DNA from: a virus
Length of the DNA: 64,000 bases
IMG/VR virus record: IMGVR_UViG_3300045988_114464
Coordinates: 49,687-113,686 of that record
Reading direction: 5' to 3' (one strand)
Below are positions 1-9,099 of this stretch, one piece after another. Within the stretch, counting starts at the first letter, position 1. Every line of letters begins with the position of its first letter. Below the pieces are notes generated by a model that was not told the DNA's origin, ran no database searches, and was given only the letters and a program-made list of their open reading frames with translations. A program made the position numbers and the translations under genes.

Positions 1-1
1 C

Positions 2-148
2 GCTAATGACAATCAGAAGCAGATTATTCTTGATATGATTTGTGATAAGTTGGATAAGGGGCAAGAAGTTGATGGTAATATTCTTATCACTCTGTCTAAG
101 CTAAGTGGCAAGGACTTGCTTGAAATGCAAAATGCCAAGGAGGAATAA
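2..148 (+). CDS. hypothetical protein, C-terminal end (gene begins left of window)
   Basis: Frame open from the window edge to TAA 146-148; ends 3 nt before the next start codon. Confidence 0.5.
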   Translation, partial: ANDNQKQIILDMICDKLDKGQEVDGNILITLSKLSGKDLLEMQNAKEE

Positions 149-151
149 CCA

Positions 152-589
152 ATGGGTACTCCTTTTGACCGTGTAGAAGATTTGGCTACACGAAAAGTAC
201 ATGACTGGAAACTTGGCAAAATCTATAATCGGTCACTTGAAGGATACAATGCTTGGTGTGATGGCTTTCTGTTAAATGCTATTCCAAACTTTGCCAATGA
301 TTGTTGGCAAAGTTTGGAATACAATGAAGAAACTCGTGAGTTTGTATCTGACCTTACACCTACTGAGATTGATATTCTTGCTTGTTTTTGGGTGCTTGAA
401 TGGTGGGAACGTGAAACAAATGATTCGGCGCAAAACGCCGCAAAAATGCAAACATCTTCGTTTAGTACACATTCTCCTGCACAGCATATGAAGGAAGAAC
501 AAGTGATTATCAACACAAAGCGTGAATCAGCATATCAGAAAATCAATGATTATCTGGTGCAAGACCTTGATAAGATTGGAGGTCTATAA
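152..589 (+). CDS. hypothetical virion-module protein
   Basis: 145-aa ORF. RBS aaggagg at 137-143, 8 nt before the ATG. Tightly packed with the following + strand structural genes. Confidence 0.6.
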   Translation: MGTPFDRVEDLATRKVHDWKLGKIYNRSLEGYNAWCDGFLLNAIPNFANDCWQSLEYNEETREFVSDLTPTEIDILACFWVLEWWERETNDSAQNAAKMQTSSFSTHSPAQHMKEEQVIINTKRESAYQKINDYLVQDLDKIGGL

Positions 590-837
590 TGGATAGAATT
601 GATGAAATCTTCAATGTGCTTGTTCAATATGAAAAGGCGATTGATGATAATGATACTTCTGCTACGCTGGATTCTTACCTTAGTTATGTAGATAAGCTAT
701 ATGTACGGTATTTTGGTCAGAACCATAGCGATATTAGTGCTTATCTAAAAGGATTGTATTTACTGGGTGCAGACGCACATCATGATACTGTAAAACGAGT
801 AGTATTTGATATTATCCATATTCTTGAAAAGGAGTGA
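589..837 (+). CDS. hypothetical protein
   Basis: 82-aa ORF. The ATG overlaps the previous stop (TAATG), suggesting coupling. Confidence 0.55.
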   Translation: MDRIDEIFNVLVQYEKAIDDNDTSATLDSYLSYVDKLYVRYFGQNHSDISAYLKGLYLLGADAHHDTVKRVVFDIIHILEKE

Positions 838-841
838 GCCA

Positions 842-2110
842 ATGGCTAACAAATTTTTTGAGAATGAAATGGCTATGGGTATGTGTATGACTCCCAATGA
901 CGCATATAGAGGGGTACAACAAGCCTTTATTGATGACCAGTGGGAAAATACTGCTGTCGAAACCATTGTAGAAGAACAAGATTACATTGGTGCAGATACC
1001 TACCATAAAGTTCATGTGTGGATGAATAAGGTTATTGGCACTACCACTACTTTTATGAAGAATGGTACTGATTATCGTTCACTAATGTACAGAGAGTTAG
1101 ATTACTTTCCAGAGCGCGGTACTTATTTTAAGTATGATAACAACTACTGGATTTCTGATTTCGTAAATCCTTCTGATGGTGTAGTGGGCGGCAATACTAT
1201 TCGCCGTTGCACTAACTTTCTCAGAATTATCGACCCAGAAAACGGCTCAATCTTTACTGTTCCATGTGTACTTGATTACGATATGACTTCACCTTCAGTG
1301 CAAGTATCAAACGCCATTATTACACCAAATAACCATGCGATTGTTATTGTTCAAGCCAATCCAGATACTATGCGTTTGTTTACATACAATAAACGTTTTA
1401 TTATTGGTGGGCGTGCGTTCAAATTAACCGCATATCAAAATGCGCTAATGGCAAACGTAGAAGAAAAAGAACCAACTATTCTTTATCTTGATTTGTCACT
1501 CGATGAGTTGCATGACGGTGATGATTTGGTACATCAAGTAGCTAACAATGGCGCTTATGATTACGCTGTAGTTCTCAATCATTCTGACTTTGCCGTTCCT
1601 GATGCTATTGAATCGCTTGATATTGTGGCTTGCGTTACTCTTAATGGTGAGCAAGTTGACAGACCTATGGTATGGAGTTCAAGTGACACTGCTGTTATCA
1701 CAGTTAATGGCGGAAAATTACAAGTTGTTGGGAAAGGTGTAACCACTATTAAGGCACAGCTTAAAGGTAATTATGATGTTTACGCTGAAGTTAAAGTTAC
1801 AGTTGCCGATAAACAAGAGATTGTTCCAGTTGTAACAATGGAAAACGCATTCGATAGTATTAGGCAGTTTGAAGTTAAGCACGCACAATTTAGCGTCAAT
1901 GGCGAAAAGCTAACTAATCTTATATGTACACTGGATAAGGGTGTGACCAATAATAAGGTTTTACGTCTATCCAGTGATGGGACAATTATGACTATTGAAT
2001 GTATCAATCCATCAAAAGACGTACAGACATTGTATGTTGAAGGTGATACAGAGAGTTACGGTCATGTATCAGCACAATTTAATATTAAAGCACTCAGTAT
2101 GATGGGGTAA
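842..2110 (+). CDS. virion structural protein with C-terminal bacterial Ig-like (Big_2-type) repeats
   Basis: RBS aaaggag upstream of ATG 842. C-terminal segments such as VWSSSDTAVITVNGGKLQVVGKGVTTIKAQL fit the Big_2 pattern. Confidence 0.6.
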   Translation: MANKFFENEMAMGMCMTPNDAYRGVQQAFIDDQWENTAVETIVEEQDYIGADTYHKVHVWMNKVIGTTTTFMKNGTDYRSLMYRELDYFPERGTYFKYDNNYWISDFVNPSDGVVGGNTIRRCTNFLRIIDPENGSIFTVPCVLDYDMTSPSVQVSNAIITPNNHAIVIVQANPDTMRLFTYNKRFIIGGRAFKLTAYQNALMANVEEKEPTILYLDLSLDELHDGDDLVHQVANNGAYDYAVVLNHSDFAVPDAIESLDIVACVTLNGEQVDRPMVWSSSDTAVITVNGGKLQVVGKGVTTIKAQLKGNYDVYAEVKVTVADKQEIVPVVTMENAFDSIRQFEVKHAQFSVNGEKLTNLICTLDKGVTNNKVLRLSSDGTIMTIECINPSKDVQTLYVEGDTESYGHVSAQFNIKALSMMG

Positions 2111-2119
2111 GGTGATAAT

Positions 2120-2686
2120 ATGTATAACAGTATGAAAGCGTTACCTCAAATTCCATATAACATTTTAACGTATTTGGCAAAAAACGATGAAATTATCTGG
2201 AAACTGCTAAAGTATAATAGCTACGATGCTTTAAGCAAACCAGACCTTACTTTTGCAGAGAAGTTAAACCTTATTTGGAAAACTGGGGCACAAGCAGATT
2301 ATAGCATCTTTCTTACTCCCCTTGTGGAAGATGTTATGGCTGAAAGCAAGTGTATTTTGAAAATTTATGATTATTATATTCATGCCAAAGAATTGTATGT
2401 GGCAACACCAGTATATGCGTTTGATTTCTTGTATGGCGGTCAAATGTCTTTGGTAGAATATGAAAATATTCCTGTATCTCGTGGAGATTTGTTTATTCAC
2501 CGCGCTATGGCTGTGCTTAATGGCGCATATGTAGCGGGTATTGGTAAACTAACCTTTAGTGATGATATGTCAAGATACAATCTTGCACGAAGCACTATAG
2601 GAAATAGTAAAACATTTACAGGCGTTCAACTTTATATGAGTACGCTTGTGGGCGATTCTGGTAAGGATGTTGCTTGTGGCGATTGA
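2120..2686 (+). CDS. hypothetical structural-module protein
   Basis: 188-aa ORF; RBS ggtaaggtga before the ATG. Confidence 0.55.
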   Translation: MYNSMKALPQIPYNILTYLAKNDEIIWKLLKYNSYDALSKPDLTFAEKLNLIWKTGAQADYSIFLTPLVEDVMAESKCILKIYDYYIHAKELYVATPVYAFDFLYGGQMSLVEYENIPVSRGDLFIHRAMAVLNGAYVAGIGKLTFSDDMSRYNLARSTIGNSKTFTGVQLYMSTLVGDSGKDVACGD

Positions 2687-3509
2687 TTTACAATACCTCA
2701 AAGAAGTATATTTTGCTTACGATGAACCAGTCCCCTATAAATGTAAGGGGGGTAACACTATTAACATTATTCCTGTTGATGTAAAACATGGGCTTGTTTT
2801 TCAATCCAGTGTTGATATTATAGCATTTGACAAAAATAGTGTCAATGATGCAAAGGTAATTTCTATGAGTTATCTTGAGTTTATTATTGGTATGATGGCT
2901 GAAGCGCCAGTTTTTGTCCAAAAGTTTGTCAATATTTTGAAACTTTGTTTAGGGTTAGAGCATCCTGCGATAACTTTTAATGAACAAACTAACAAGCCGT
3001 TAATAGTGGATGAAGAAGCAGGAATAAAAATTACTCACAAAGATTTTGAAGATATTCGGAGAATTATTCTCTACCAGAATATTCCAAAATATGATGATGA
3101 GTATATTAACCCAGACTTGAAAAAAGCAATGGAAGAAACTGATAGGCTGAGAAACAAAGATATTGATATGCCGACTTTTGAGCGAAAGTGTGCAATTATT
3201 ACGGCTCATTGTGGCTTATCCAAGAAAGAACAGCTTGAGATGACGTTACGTTCTCATATTATGCTTTTTGACGAAGTTTGCGGCGAAATTGAATTTACAA
3301 CGGTTCGTCCCGTGGCACTTTTTGGTGGCAAGGGTAATGAACTTGAACATTGGATTTTCCATAAAAAGAAGGGTAAATTCGATGGATACATTACAGAGAA
3401 AGACCAGCTTGTTAAGCAGATGGGTGGTGAAGGTAGCTTCACTAATGCGTCTACTGATACAAGTCGTGGTGATTCTCTGGAACAATTATTTAATCAAGGA
3501 GGAAATTAA
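2646..3509 (+). CDS. hypothetical structural-module protein (start uncertain: TTG 2646 or ATG 2667)
   Basis: 287-aa ORF overlapping the previous gene by about 40 nt. I saw no motif I recognise. Confidence 0.5.
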   Translation: MWAILVRMLLVAIDLQYLKEVYFAYDEPVPYKCKGGNTINIIPVDVKHGLVFQSSVDIIAFDKNSVNDAKVISMSYLEFIIGMMAEAPVFVQKFVNILKLCLGLEHPAITFNEQTNKPLIVDEEAGIKITHKDFEDIRRIILYQNIPKYDDEYINPDLKKAMEETDRLRNKDIDMPTFERKCAIITAHCGLSKKEQLEMTLRSHIMLFDEVCGEIEFTTVRPVALFGGKGNELEHWIFHKKKGKFDGYITEKDQLVKQMGGEGSFTNASTDTSRGDSLEQLFNQGGN

Positions 3510-3512
3510 AGT

Positions 3513-3731
3513 ATGGCTTCTGCTAATATTTTCACCGCTGGCCCTGCTCGTGCGCTGTTTTTCTACGGTCAGGACTTGATTGGTGTTGGTACTACTCTAA
3601 GTGATACCACTTTCGATTCTTCTATCACCGCCGAGGAAGTACGCGGTGGTCAGGGCAACCTGCTCTACGGTCAATACTTCCATGATTCTTCACTGACCGT
3701 TTCTATTACCGATGTAACTTGCATTGCTTAA
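3513..3731 (+). CDS. major virion structural protein (probable major tail protein), exon 1
   Basis: RBS aaggagg before the ATG and strongly biased codon usage. The ORF stops abruptly at the start of a structured non-coding stretch, and the coding style resumes at 5034. Confidence 0.7.
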   Translation: MASANIFTAGPARALFFYGQDLIGVGTTLSDTTFDSSITAEEVRGGQGNLLYGQYFHDSSLTVSITDVTCIA

Positions 3732-3850
3732 TTGGTGACAATTAAGTACCGAGTGTTTAATGCTTTGAAAATGCCCTAAAGCCCTTTTACCCAAACAGTA
3801 GTTGGAAACAACAAGCTGAGTGGTTATAAAAAGTAAAGGGATTGATTTTA

Positions 3851-3879
3851 TTGACTTTTAAGTATTATTATGATATAAT
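3851..3879 (+). promoter_or_regulatory. sigma-A type promoter inside the intron, driving the endonuclease ORF
   Basis: TTGACT (3851-3856), 17-nt spacer ending in TGa, then TATAAT (3874-3879). Confidence 0.6.
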
Positions 3880-3901
3880 ATAAGAAAGGGGATGATAAAA
3901 T

Positions 3902-4819
3902 TTGCTGTTAAAAGATAATTTAGTTGAAATGAAATGGCATCCAACTAATAGAGTTAAATATGCAACTCGTGGTTATAAATTTACCGCTTTTGGCGAAAAG
4001 TTTTATGCAAAAGCGAGTGATGTACTTGAGTTAAGTAGTGGTGCTAAAATTCCTGTGCAATGCGATTATTGTGGCAAAATTTATTATCCTACTTCTCGTA
4101 ATTATGAGAAATCACAGTTACGAAAAGAGAAAGATTGTTGTGTTGCTTGTAAAGGTAAAGAAATTCGCGCAACCGTACAAAAGAAATATGGTGTTAATAA
4201 TGTAGTAGAGTTGGATGAAGTACGCATGAAGATGAAAGAAACTTGTCTTTCAAAATATGGTACTTCTTCTCCGCTTGAGAATAAAGAAATTTTTCAGAAA
4301 ACACAAGATAGTTTTAATTCTCATTATGGAACAGAAAACGGTATTAAAGATTTGCGTTCTGTTCCAGAAATTGCTACAAGAATTGAGAATACTAATATTT
4401 CTAAGTATGGTGGCAAAGCACCAATATGCTCTTCTAAAATTAGGAACAAAATCAACCAAACAATGTATGAAAACGGAACTTGCAAAACTTCAGAAAAACA
4501 ACTGTTATTGAATCAAATGGTAATTGATTTATACGGTAATTCTGAGTTGAATTATCCTTGCGATAAAGTGTCTTTGGATTGCATGACGATTGTCAATGGA
4601 ATTAAAATTGACATTGAATATGATGGTTGGTATTGGCATAAAGACAAACAAGAAGAAGATAAGCGCAGAGATTTCTTTGTAGAGTCTAAAGGTTATAAAG
4701 TTATTCGCTTTATAGCTTATGAAAACAGACTCCCTACCGAAGAAGAATTACGCAACGCAATTCATAAAATTACAACAACAAGTAGAAAATTTACTAAAGT
4801 CAAATTAAATAAAATCTAA
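3902..4819 (+). CDS. intron-encoded homing endonuclease, PD-(D/E)XK / Vsr-DUF559-like C-terminal nuclease domain
   Basis: C-terminus IDIEYDGWYWHKDKQEEDKRRDFFVESKGYKVIRF fits the D-x-E-x-DG...H...D..R...G..V.R pattern. N-terminal Cys pairs plus repeated KYG modules. TTG start after aaagggga. Confidence 0.6.
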   Translation: MLLKDNLVEMKWHPTNRVKYATRGYKFTAFGEKFYAKASDVLELSSGAKIPVQCDYCGKIYYPTSRNYEKSQLRKEKDCCVACKGKEIRATVQKKYGVNNVVELDEVRMKMKETCLSKYGTSSPLENKEIFQKTQDSFNSHYGTENGIKDLRSVPEIATRIENTNISKYGGKAPICSSKIRNKINQTMYENGTCKTSEKQLLLNQMVIDLYGNSELNYPCDKVSLDCMTIVNGIKIDIEYDGWYWHKDKQEEDKRRDFFVESKGYKVIRFIAYENRLPTEEELRNAIHKITTTSRKFTKVKLNKI

Positions 4820-5033
4820 TGGGTAGTTTAGCAGGGAAAGTCCTAAGTCTATAAAGATATGGAAAACCCCCAACGACTATCTCTTGGCGAGAGAGTAAGC
4901 TACAAGCTAATGGTAGCTGAAAAATCCTCCCCTCTTTGTAGAGGTGAACAAATAGTCTGAACATCTATCGAAAAGATAGAGCAGTTCTTTAAGAACGGCA
5001 TAGGGAGTTGCGTCCTTATGTGAACATATTGCA

Positions 5034-5918
5034 ATGTTTAATCTTCAGTACGTTGCCGCAAACCTTGGTGTAAACCTTGAGCAAGGCGGTCTATCCGTAA
5101 CTGAAGAAGAACTAACTGTTGGCGCAGTTGGTGGCGCAGTAACACTAACTAACAAGCCAATCGCATTCTCTGGTTCTTATATCGGCTGGTATAAGAAGCC
5201 TTCTGACGCTGATTGGACTATTGGTACTATTGACGCTGACCAGAAGAAGATGAATATTGCTGGTGCAAAGGAAAATGAGCACTATTGTGTTAAGTATTTC
5301 TATCAGAATGAGAACGCTAAGTCTATTACTATTAAGGCTCAGTTCGTTCCAAAGGTGCTACACCTTGTTCTGATTAACGACCTATTCTCTGGTTCTACCG
5401 CTGATGTAGCGGCTTCTACTTCTAAGTATGGTCGTCTAATTACCGATATTCCTCAGTTCCAACTCGATGGCGCACAAAATCTGGCATGGGCGGCAGCTTC
5501 TGCGGCAACCGTTTCTCTGTCTGGTAAGGCACTGGCATATTCTGATACCGAGTCTTGCGAAGTAGACCCAGTATACGGTACTATGACTCAAGAGATTTTT
5601 GGCGCTAAGTGGCAGGATGATGTTGTAGCACTCGCTTGCGAGAACGCTGAGATTGACCTTGCTGAATCTGGTACTGAAACTCTGATTGTTCGTGCGGTAT
5701 TCGGTGGCGCAATTGCTTCTCAGCGCAAGGAAAACTCCAACTTTACCTTTGCTATTGTAGATGCCCCTGCTTCTACTGCAACTGGTACTACTGTTGGTGC
5801 TAATACTGGTATTGTAACTGCTGGTACTACTGCTGGCACTGCTGTAATTTCTATTACACTTACCAATTATCCGAACGTACCACCCGCATACGCTACCGTA
5901 ACCGTAACTGTTGGTTAA
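5034..5918 (+). CDS. major virion structural protein (probable major tail protein), exon 2 with C-terminal Ig-like domain
   Basis: No RBS before ATG 5034. Same codon bias as exon 1. The C-terminus GIVTAGTTAGTAVISITLTN...ATVTVTV looks Ig-like. Followed by a strong terminator. Confidence 0.7.
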   Translation: MFNLQYVAANLGVNLEQGGLSVTEEELTVGAVGGAVTLTNKPIAFSGSYIGWYKKPSDADWTIGTIDADQKKMNIAGAKENEHYCVKYFYQNENAKSITIKAQFVPKVLHLVLINDLFSGSTADVAASTSKYGRLITDIPQFQLDGAQNLAWAAASAATVSLSGKALAYSDTESCEVDPVYGTMTQEIFGAKWQDDVVALACENAEIDLAESGTETLIVRAVFGGAIASQRKENSNFTFAIVDAPASTATGTTVGANTGIVTAGTTAGTAVISITLTNYPNVPPAYATVTVTVG

Positions 5919-5924
5919 TCTGAA

Positions 5925-5959
5925 TAGGGAGGAAGGTTATTCCTTTCTCCCTATTTTTT
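5925..5959 (+). terminator. rho-independent terminator
   Basis: 11-bp stem agggaggaagg/cctttctccct, 5-nt loop, then a T6 run. Confidence 0.75.
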
Positions 5960-5978
5960 CATAACAGGAGGTAACATT

Positions 5979-6275
5979 ATGTGTGAATATACTAATGGTA
6001 ATTTGTGCAAAGTTACCAATTCTGTTTGTCCTTATATGATGTACTGCGAAAAAATTCAAGGATATAAGCCGTCAAGATATATGCCTGACGATTGTCCACA
6101 AAAGATAAAAGCCCAAATTCCTGCTGGCTATCGCAGAGTTATTCAAGAACGAAAAGGCAAACTTTATATTGAAATTGGAGAACAAGCAGTTATTGTTCCA
6201 AATCCTTTTGACCACGTTCCACTTTATGTCAAAGCGACAAAATTAAAGAATGGAACATGGCGATTAAAGGAATGA
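5979..6275 (+). CDS. Cys-rich small protein
   Basis: 98-aa ORF; RBS caggagg; several Cys pairs in the N-terminal third. Confidence 0.55.
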   Translation: MCEYTNGNLCKVTNSVCPYMMYCEKIQGYKPSRYMPDDCPQKIKAQIPAGYRRVIQERKGKLYIEIGEQAVIVPNPFDHVPLYVKATKLKNGTWRLKE

Positions 6276-6290
6276 TGGGAGGGTTGCTAA

Positions 6291-6671
6291 ATGGCAGATG
6301 ACATCGGTATCTTATATCATAAGGTGAACGACCTGTCTGAACGAGTGACAGAATTAGAAAGCACCCGACCGTTTATGCAGGAAATGATAGAGAGAGAAAT
6401 TAAAGTAAGTGAAAAATTAGATGCTACTCTTGACGCTGTTCAGTTGTCTATGGTGCAAATGAATGTAAAGATGGACGAACAATCAAAGGCGATTGAAATG
6501 TTGCAGAAAAATTCTGCGGAGTCTAATAAAAAATTAAACAATCGACTTGACGACCTTGAAGAAAGAGGACAATTTGATTTCTTAACTTATATTAAAACAA
6601 ATTTGCCAACAATTATTCTTACTGGTATAGTTGTTGGTGCTTATGTTGCAAAACATTTTAATCTCTTGTAA
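6291..6671 (+). CDS. coiled-coil protein with C-terminal membrane anchor (XhlA-like architecture)
   Basis: 126 aa. Heptad-like Glu/Lys/Leu-rich body and a hydrophobic tail PTIILTGIVVGAYVA. Confidence 0.5.
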   Translation: MADDIGILYHKVNDLSERVTELESTRPFMQEMIEREIKVSEKLDATLDAVQLSMVQMNVKMDEQSKAIEMLQKNSAESNKKLNNRLDDLEERGQFDFLTYIKTNLPTIILTGIVVGAYVAKHFNLL

Positions 6672-6694
6672 TGAAAGAAAGGAACTAAAAGGAA

Positions 6695-7117
6695 ATGGCA
6701 ATTATTCCAGAAAAAGAAACTACATATCTTGATAAGTACGGTGTTACCGTCAATCGTTATCTGACTTATGCTCAGATTCAGCAAATTGCTGAATCAACTA
6801 TGAAATTCCATACTTGGGCTGAACGTCAACAGAATATTGATATGCTAATTCTTGTTCATGCTACGGATATGACCGTTGAAGAAATTGAGAAGCATACACA
6901 TGACGAACTTTTGCAGTGTAGCCTTATTGATGAAGTAATGTTTCATGTTGACAACGTTTATAGGATTTATGACGCTCTTGAATATCATGAATCTACTCAG
7001 CGTGCGCTTGCTCAAATTCTTGGGGAAATCAACAAGTTTATGGATACACCTGTTGGGAAGAATGTAGTGCAGAAATTTGCACGCAAGGCAATGAACGATG
7101 GCGATAACAAGCATTGA
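6695..7117 (+). CDS. hypothetical protein
   Basis: 140-aa ORF; RBS aaaggaa. Confidence 0.55.
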   Translation: MAIIPEKETTYLDKYGVTVNRYLTYAQIQQIAESTMKFHTWAERQQNIDMLILVHATDMTVEEIEKHTHDELLQCSLIDEVMFHVDNVYRIYDALEYHESTQRALAQILGEINKFMDTPVGKNVVQKFARKAMNDGDNKH

Positions 7118-7547
7118 AGCCTTAATGTCAATATGCGCTCCTGCAATTCAAAGCGCGTTAAAGTATACAGTGGAAAAGATTAAAGAAAAGAATGAGCAAG
7201 TTGTTAATCAGATAGTATATGCTGTTTATTCACCTCAAATGTATCCTCGTACTTTTGAATTACGAGAAGCATGGAAAGGCGAAGCCAATGCTTCTGGTGC
7301 AAGCGGTCATGCAACGTTTGAATATGACCCAAGCAAGATTAGTGCTCATTCTAATTTAACTGACGAAGCTGTTCCTTATTTGGCAGAAATTGTATATCAA
7401 GGTCTGGCGGGTAAGATTTACGGTGAAGGCGCTTGGACACAGGCTCGTGACGCATGGCAAGCCCTATTAGACGCTTGTAGTGAAGATGCTATTAAAGAAT
7501 GGTTTTATCAAGGCTGTAGACAAGCAGGATTGCCAATAGAAAGATAA
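7098..7547 (+). CDS. hypothetical protein
   Basis: 149-aa ORF overlapping the previous gene by 20 nt. Confidence 0.55.
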   Translation: MAITSIEALMSICAPAIQSALKYTVEKIKEKNEQVVNQIVYAVYSPQMYPRTFELREAWKGEANASGASGHATFEYDPSKISAHSNLTDEAVPYLAEIVYQGLAGKIYGEGAWTQARDAWQALLDACSEDAIKEWFYQGCRQAGLPIER

Positions 7548-7578
7548 AATAAGGTATAGTACAGAATTGAGGATAACT

Positions 7579-8112
7579 ATGGTTTATTGTGGTATTGATG
7601 CTTCAACCACTGCGGTAGGGTGGAGTATATTCAATGGTACTGACCTTATTGATTATGGGTGCTTTAGACCTAATGGTGATGATTGGCGCGACCGCACTCA
7701 GCAAATCGCGCCTTTCATTAAGCAACTATTAGAAAAGTATCATGTTAATAAGGTGATATTAGAAGATGTTCCTTTAATGGGTAAGCGAGGTAATAAAACC
7801 TTGGTTATCCTTGGTGCTGTGCAAGGAATGTTATTAGGAGTAACATCTTCTATGAATATTCCTACCGAGTTTATTTTACCAAGCGCGTGGAGAAGTCCGA
7901 TTGGACTTTTTGATGGTACGAAAGCTGGTACTCGTAGGGATGAAATGAAAAGAAAGTCAATAGAAAAAGCAAATGAACGATTCGGTCTTGAACTAAAGTG
8001 GGTGTCGCCTTGTAGTAAGAAGAACGATGACGATATTGCTGACGCTATTCTGGTAGCATACTCACAGATAAGCAAAGTTCGCTTTGTCAAAAACCCAAAA
8101 GTGAAGGAGTGA
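7579..8112 (+). CDS. RuvC-like Holliday junction resolvase
   Basis: N-terminal VYCGIDASTTAVGW (first catalytic Asp), ILEDVP (Glu), C-terminal DDDIADAILVAY (Asp pair). RBS gagga before ATG 7579. Confidence 0.7.
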   Translation: MVYCGIDASTTAVGWSIFNGTDLIDYGCFRPNGDDWRDRTQQIAPFIKQLLEKYHVNKVILEDVPLMGKRGNKTLVILGAVQGMLLGVTSSMNIPTEFILPSAWRSPIGLFDGTKAGTRRDEMKRKSIEKANERFGLELKWVSPCSKKNDDDIADAILVAYSQISKVRFVKNPKVKE

Positions 8113-8116
8113 GTTT

Positions 8117-8698
8117 ATGGCAGATTTTAAGATTTCTATTGATACTGAATTAAAAACTTCGCAAATTGATTCACAAATTAGTGAAATAAAATCTAAACTT
8201 GAAAATGCGGTTAAGGATGTTCCTTTAAGTATTAACTTAAATCAAGTAAATAATCAGATTGATGATTTACAAACACGTTTAAGAACCGCGTTTGACAATA
8301 TCAACGCAAACGTCAACTTCGGCAATGCTACACAACAAGCAGAGCAATTAGGGCAAAACTTGAGAACTGCTGGTGATAACTTTAATAGTATCGGTAGTGG
8401 CGGTGGTGGTAATAATGCAAATAACCAATTATTGCAATTAACACAAGGTGCTCAAAATGCTTCTGAGCAAATTCGTGAAACAGCGACCGCAGTTGAAGAA
8501 TCTACGCTTTCTTATCAAGAGTGGAACGTTGTTCTAAACGCTTGTATTGATACTATTAAAAGTTTTGCAGAACAAACTTTTGAAATGGACTCTGCTCTTA
8601 CAGATTTTAAGAAAGTATCTGATTTAAGCGGAGATAGTCTAAATCAATATGTAGATAAATTACAAGACCTTGGTTCTACCGTTGCTCGTACTGGCTAA
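8117..8698 (+). CDS. tail tape measure protein, N-terminal segment
   Basis: Ends ...LQDLGSTVARTG followed by a stop. Joined to SEMVEGATEF at 9280, this reads like the conserved start of a tape-measure core region. Confidence 0.7.
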   Translation: MADFKISIDTELKTSQIDSQISEIKSKLENAVKDVPLSINLNQVNNQIDDLQTRLRTAFDNINANVNFGNATQQAEQLGQNLRTAGDNFNSIGSGGGGNNANNQLLQLTQGAQNASEQIRETATAVEESTLSYQEWNVVLNACIDTIKSFAEQTFEMDSALTDFKKVSDLSGDSLNQYVDKLQDLGSTVARTG

Positions 8699-8863
8699 TA
8701 ATAACCAGAGTGTATAGATGGTAAATATGCACTGAGAAGTGTTCAAAACCCTTGAAAGCCTAAGAGCCTTACTACCACAACATAAGGATGAGATACGCCT
8801 AAGTGTGACGGTATGGAAACTCAAAAAACAGTAAGGATGATATATGGTGGAAACGCCTAAGTA

Positions 8864-8908
8864 TTGATATAAATATTGTATAGTGTTGATATAAAAATGT
8901 CAATAGTG
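8864..8908 (+). repeat. tandem approximately 22-nt AT-rich direct repeat inside the intervening sequence
   Basis: ttgatataaatattgtatagtg followed by ttgatataaaaatgtcaatagtg. Confidence 0.6.
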
Positions 8909-9046
8909 TAAAGTATTTATATAAAATGGCAGTTTGGGCGCGAAGTCCTGATGAGGGATGTGTCAACAGAGTAAAAGTTCACTTCCCTCCAAAATATATA
9001 GGGAAAAGAAGTATTCGGGCTGTAAGAGAAATCTTATAGAATTATC

Positions 9047-9074
9047 TTGACAACGCTAAATAATATGATATAAT
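9047..9074 (+). promoter_or_regulatory. sigma-A type promoter inside the intervening sequence
   Basis: TTGACA, 16-nt spacer ending in TGa, then TATAAT. Confidence 0.5.
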
Positions 9075-9099
9075 AGGCTTATAAAAGGAGTTGAATATC

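Larger units (their letters stand above)
3730..5031 (+). mobile_element. group I intron carrying a homing endonuclease gene (boundaries +/- about 10 nt)
   Basis: Group I core-like strings agtcctaagtc (about 4846) and aaatagtctgaac (about 4958). Candidate omega-G at 5031. Splits one biased-codon gene. Carries an internal promoter and endonuclease ORF. Confidence 0.7.

Noticed and set aside
6695-7547. Possible tail assembly chaperone pair with a programmed -1 frameshift (20-nt overlap of two ORFs upstream of the tape measure).
   Set aside because: I found no XXXYYYZ slippery heptamer in the overlap, the second ORF has its own ATG, and a RuvC-like gene lies between them and the tape measure gene.
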